A stretch of 43,842 nt of DNA, taken from Folioceros fuciformis. Its lineage: Eukaryota. This document shows positions 38,501 through 43,842 of the stretch, piece by piece (positions within the stretch are counted from its first letter, which is position 1; every line of letters begins with the position of its first letter). The position numbers were made by a program, and so were the translations under genes. The stretch covers positions 1-43,842 of the forward strand of contig JBNGIO010004854.1 of NCBI GenBank assembly GCA_049999805.1, read 5' to 3'. A model generated the notes under the pieces. It searched no databases. It saw only the letters and a list, made by a program, of their open reading frames with translations, and was not told the origin of the DNA.

Positions 38501-41500
38501 TACACCATAAAAGTGAGCACCAGAGTTTGCGCCTGGCTTCACTTGCCACAGTGAGTCTACACTCTGGCCCATTACTGTCAGAATCAGCAGCTGGAGTCTC
38601 CTGAGGAGAGAAAGTGGTACAGCCCCTTCTTCCTGCAAAGCCAATCAAACATTGAGCACTCCGGGACTAGCGATTCAAAGATTATGGTTCCATAGCAGGT
38701 TGCTTACCAAGTTCCCTGAATCAAATCTCTCCCGTACACGACCAGCACACCGTGATATACATCTTACTTCCTCCGAGATCAGCCTGGCACAGTCCAAATT
38801 TATTTCTTGGACTACATTCACATCAGAAACAGACATATGACCATGTGTGGGGAGCAAGAAACCTTCCTTCCAGTCCCCATCCCTAGAGTCTACCTCGTGG
38901 CAAAGCATTTCCAACCTTCGTGCATGACACTGCAAACTTAGGATCAAGTGCTCCGGCTTTAGCTTTCTAGAAGCCAATAGTACTAGGCGTAACCCAACAA
39001 GTTCATGAGAGCAATCCATGTCTCGAAGAGTGCACCCACCACCTGGCCTCACTTTCTCCACTGTGTCACCTTTCATTGAAAACAGGACTGGAGAAAGCAT
39101 CTCTATAACTTCCTCAAAACGACCCTGCTCAAATGCCTTCGTGCCGGCATTTCTTATTAAGTCAACAATTTCTAAACCTCCAATTTTTTTCTGTATAGCG
39201 GAAGCGGTAACAAGACAATCTACCTTGCAGTGAGGTAGAGTAACAGCTGCAACTGAGTGGTCCATTTGCTCCTTTGTCTCAAGTAATTCGTGGCATGTCC
39301 TTAGCCGCTTCAAGCCTTGCTCCTGTTGGCCAGAAATAATTTTAATGCGCCCATCCAACCAATGATAACGGACCCAAAAAGGCCATTCCTGTCCTTGGAA
39401 GGAGGACATCGTAAAGGGACTTGATTGCAGACAGAATTTTATGGGACAGAAGCCCGATCCTGCATCCTCAACCATATCACAATGAACATTATCAACACTT
39501 GAATCAGGGGTTCCTTTCTTGAATCCTATGTCTCCTGCATCAGCAACCGGTCCAATCTGAGGACAATGAACGGATCCTAAGCTGAACCCATCCGACAGCT
39601 CCACTTCTGAAGCCACATCCTCCCATACTGTACACTGATGGTATTTGGCGTCTTCCACAAGTCGTTTGGCAATATCTTCACTGATTGCACTTGCTGCTGC
39701 ATCAGCATACAGCTCAGCAAGAAACAGGCTGCACCTGATGGTTCGTTTCCTCTTTGTTGATCGCCTTATCTGCTTCTCTAGCTCTAGAACCGGTGCATAG
39801 TCCGCCACACACTTGCATGTGGCCAGTGTTTCCAGCAACCTCTCGCTCACATCATAAACACCACTGTTTGCAGTCTGATTGCGAAGAAACACCTTAACTG
39901 CTGCTTGCTGCTCATTGGCAGAGAGTGGCTGTACAGGTGAGGACTCAGCAACAAGACTCTCGCTGGCACGTTCTATACAGCTCTCTTCTTCATCCACAGG
40001 GTGAACAACAAAAGGCTCAAGCAACAGCATCAGGTCCTTTGAGTGCTTCCCATTTTCCTCAAGCTCCATACCCTTATCCTGTCCAACAGAGCACCCACTT
40101 CGCAAACGTTCAATTCGGGAACTACGACGCTCATGTAACAGATCCTGGTGACTTTGGACATACCTTCTGCCTGCATTCTTAGAATCTCCTGCCTGCCCAC
40201 CTACCTCAACTCTATCCTCTTGGCTACCGTCCAGCAAGTCAGCCCCAGAACCTTTGTTGATGGCGGCTTCCTCACACCGTGGACTCTCATCCAGAGGTGG
40301 ACATGGATTCAGTTCTGTTATACAGTGGGACACATTATCTTTCACCTGCAACGGTATATCATTTGTCCCTGTCACGTCTTCCATATCAAGCTCAGGGCCG
40401 CTCACAGCAAACTGGAGACGGGCGTTCACAATGGGACACGCATCAGGCTTCTGTAAATCTTGCAACGAGTCCTTTTCACCACCAATCAAACAATATGTTG
40501 ACAGTGAGAGCTTTTCTTGCAACACCCCTAGAAGAGAGCGCGCAAGGGTACCCCAAGACGGATCACTTATCCTCAAATCTATGCAGTGCACTCGCTGCTT
40601 CTTTGAATTGGATTCATCCGTTTCAAGCTCTTCCAACCTCCTTTTCTTCGTGAAAGACAAGCTGTGGTGTGTTGGTTTAAGGAGGTCAATGCCATATGGC
40701 AGGCAACCCGGCAAATTATTGCACAGTTTGTCCTGATTTATACTGTGATAGTTGATGCGCCCTTCCAGAACATCACGGACATACTGTGCCCTTGCATGAC
40801 GAGGTGAAAGATGTAGCAGTTGCTTTGCTACAGAAGCACATGCAAGCTCATCACCAACAGCAATCAGAACTTCCAACAACTTCTCCATACAAAGCCCTGC
40901 ACAGAACGCACACGGTGTAACGAGCCCCAACTACAAACGTCCAGTCAGACTCTCAACTCAAACTTAGTCTGTGAAGCTCAAGCTTACAGTTGCGCGGACT
41001 GCATAGCACACCCTGTTCAAAGGCTCTGCGTGCCATGAACAAACGGCCGAGCGAAACGGCAAGAGTCCCAAGTCTATTCCACATGACAACATCCTTGTCA
41101 TCCATTTCCACGGCCTGGAGATAGCAGTGCAATGCTTCTCCATGATAATCAGACCCCAGCTTGGTCAACGTTTCCGCCAGATTTTTCAAGCTCGAATACC
41201 TGAGGAAAGAAATGGAGGGTCCGTCACACAGCCAGCGACAGACGTCAGTGACTTGGGCCACAATTGATCCAGAAAACCATGGTGCAAGACAGATGCATGT
41301 CCCAAACAATGGTACGGCACGGCCATAGCACATGAAGGTCCACACGCACCTTAAATGAGGCATGAAGTTGGCACTCGATGAGCTATGCACCTGCAGCCAT
41401 TGTATCTCAATCAGAAGCAAAAAAGCAAACAAAAAGGACATCCTTCTCGCATCCCGAGACCCACCTGCCCCTGAAGAAGAGGGTTTTGCAATATCGATTG

Positions 41501-41839
41501 AAGCAAGTCCTTAGCCACTTCCAATTGCCCCGCTTGCATTTTGACGAGAGCTTCTTCATACATTTCCGTAAGGTGAAACTCCTGCCACGAATCCAAATCA
41601 GGCCACCCGCACAATCGCCGTCGCTCTTTGTCCACGAAATCCATCCCTGAACCACAAGCATACCTGCGCTTCTTTGGTAGGTACATCCTCGTCGACATCA
41701 GCATCCCCCACCTCCACATCGTTGATTGCCGCGAACGTAAACTGCACATGTGCAAACGCATCAAATGAGCCATGTCGCAACACCCAGATCCTGCTCCAAC
41801 AGCATATCCAGCCTCTAAAACCCAGTGGGACCTCACCAT
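32504..41839 (-). CDS. CABIN1: Calcineurin-binding protein 1 (HIRA complex TPR subunit), many exons; 3' end approximate
   Basis: [155 protein letters not shown]. Confidence 0.93.
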
Positions 41840-42318
41840 GATTCCTCCCGAGCTCTGTCTCACGCTTGCGATTACAGACACAGCTCCAGCACCGTGGAGA
41901 TTGCCACAACCCTAAAGCCCCTCGAGGTCCAAGGCAGGATCCTTCTTGTTGGTCGATCTAGGCAATCCGCACAAAACAGACTCGATGGGTCCATAAGTGG
42001 TCGCCCACCACTACCTACATATATAGACGTCAGAGGCCGACCAATTTCCTGTTTCGGCTATACGGTGGCCAAGATTGGACGCCTGCTCGTTCTATGTATG
42101 TAGCTCTGTTCGGGCTTCCCCTTTCCGTCGTCGTCGTCTCCTTTCCTTCTTGGCAACTCGTCAGAGGGGGAAGTCTACGTTTTAGGTTACAAGGCTCTTC
42201 CATCTCATCCGCCCTGTGGTGGGTTTCAGCTGGGCGGGACATGTAGCAACTGTGGACTGGCAGGCAGGAAGCGAGAGCGCATCTCGAACCAGCGCAGCAG
42301 GCGGATAAGGGTTTGGTA

Positions 42319-42946
42319 ATGGCTTTAGGGAGCAGGGGAGTGGTGGTGTGTGCTCGCTGGACTGCGGCCACCGCGTTGTTGCGATCTCCGTTGCTGTACC
42401 AGGCATCGCAAATTGTGTGCACGAGACGGTACGCAGCCTGGGAGGAGTCCGTGGAGGTGGACCCAGACGGCAGTGCTAGCAGGAAGCTGACGCAGGCATT
42501 GAAGGAGTTTAGATTGCAAAAGGCTGCTCCGGCCTGGCTGCCGCTCATACCCGGGAGCTCCTACTGGGTGCCGCCAGAGGAGTACGATCAGGTTGAGAGT
42601 AGTGATGACGAAAGGGAGGACGAGGAAGATGCGCATGTCATCGTGTGGCCCGAGACCACGTTCCGGCCGTCCAACCAGGCGGAGTTGTTCTCGTTGATGA
42701 CACCCATGGGCTGGCCTGCAGGAGACCTCATGTCCACCGAAGGTACGAGACTGTGCTTGTAGCCCTAGATGACATCAAGCAGCTGAGTGATACAAAGAAG
42801 TGCGCACCATGGTGCCCATGGAATCCAGCGCAGACTCCTTGACTCTCACTGGTGGTGGATGAAGGCGTGTTGATTGTTTGCAAAATTGTTCGTTCCATTC
42901 CTCTTGTGCAGAGGCGGCAGAGCAAGATACCTCAGATACTACGTGA
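42319..42946 (+). CDS. Small conserved plant protein of unknown function (AP.WLP..PG.SYWVPP family), probable organellar targeting peptide; last exon uncertain (stop at 42862 or 42946)
   Basis: KAAPAWLPLIPGSSYWVPP and ELFSLMTPMGWP motifs recalled from an uncharacterised land-plant family; Arg/Ala-rich N-terminus lacking acidic residues; donor GTACGA at 42743. Confidence 0.75.
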
Positions 42947-43600
42947 AGTAACTAGCCATGGTGAGTGAAAGCTTTAAATGCCGGGTGCACGTTCCAGGGC
43001 CTCTTCCTTCAATTTCTATGGTCAGCTGTAGAGCAGGTACATGGATGCAGCATTCAAGACGGAAGGAAGCTGCAGTGCTAGATCTCTACAAGCTGCAGTA
43101 ACTGGAGTCTTCACAAAATCCCAGCATTGGGTCCCCGACTGCCCTAATCCCGTCCGAACAGATGTAGATGGAGGTCATCGTCCCTGCACCCGCAAGCAAG
43201 GTGCTGTAAGATTATCATTTCTGTTGCTGTTTGCCTGTACATCCCAAGAACTACTGTGTTATCTCGCTTTGCAATTATTAGAGTGCTCTCCTCCCTCCAG
43301 GCTTGTGCATCGAATCTGGGGCTGCAAAGTTTTGCAGTTTCTCCGGTTCTTTCTGCCTGACTTGTCTCTGGCATAACCTGCCCAAGTTTGTCACCCGCGG
43401 AAAGATATCATTCGGACCCATTCAAGGACGTGACTAGAAACAGCGTCGATTAATCATTTTTACACAATTTGCAGTTTCCCATCTTGGTTTTTTTTGTATA
43501 TTTTCATTAAGTTGATATGTATCATATGTATGAAGCAGAACTACAACGCTCGGTCATCCGCGGTTCTGGACCCTTCCTTTTCTTTTTGTCTTTTTATTTT

Positions 43601-43723
43601 GGTGGAAATACTGATTAAAACAGCCGAAGGCTGGAAAAGAGGGTGGAAATACCCATTAAATCAGCTGAAGGCTGGGAAAGAGGGTGGAAATACTGATTAA
43701 AATAGTCGAAGGCTGGAAAAGAG
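43601..43723 (+). repeat. 41-bp tandem repeat x3
   Basis: GGTGGAAATACTGATTAAAACAGCCGAAGGCTGGAAAAGAG-like units at 43601, 43642 and 43683. Confidence 0.93.
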
Positions 43724-43842
43724 ATTACAAAGGGTGGAGAGATCCACGCAGGGACATCGGGCCGCTCATGGCACCCCAATTGTAGGGAACTAGCTAGCTG
43801 TGGGTGTACAGCCGCTAGCAGTAACGAGAGTACAGCCGCTAG

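Overview
Eukaryotic (land-plant) genomic DNA in two sharply different halves. Positions 1-17736 are a nested, decayed retroelement block. It holds a LINE whose endonuclease and RT modules face in opposite directions, separated by unusual GC-rich, strand-skewed repeats, plus roughly seven interleaved Ty1/Copia fragments with recognisable LTRs, PPTs and a tRNA-iMet PBS. One of these carries an extra ORF coupled to gag by a TAATG overlap. Positions 17850-43842 are a gene-dense block with short (mostly 70-110 nt) introns: an orphan cupin/JmjC-like exon, urea transporter DUR3 (-), a TITAN9/Csm1-like kinetochore gene (-), a ThrE/Prm10-family exporter-like membrane protein (+), peptidyl-serine alpha-galactosyltransferase SERGT1 (-), CABIN1 (-, with one anomalous 1.3-kb structured intron) and a small conserved plant protein (+). 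The compact introns and gene content suggest a seed-free plant such as a hornwort or lycophyte (inference). Two 100-N assembly gaps are present. Family assignments come from motif recognition only; no searches were run.
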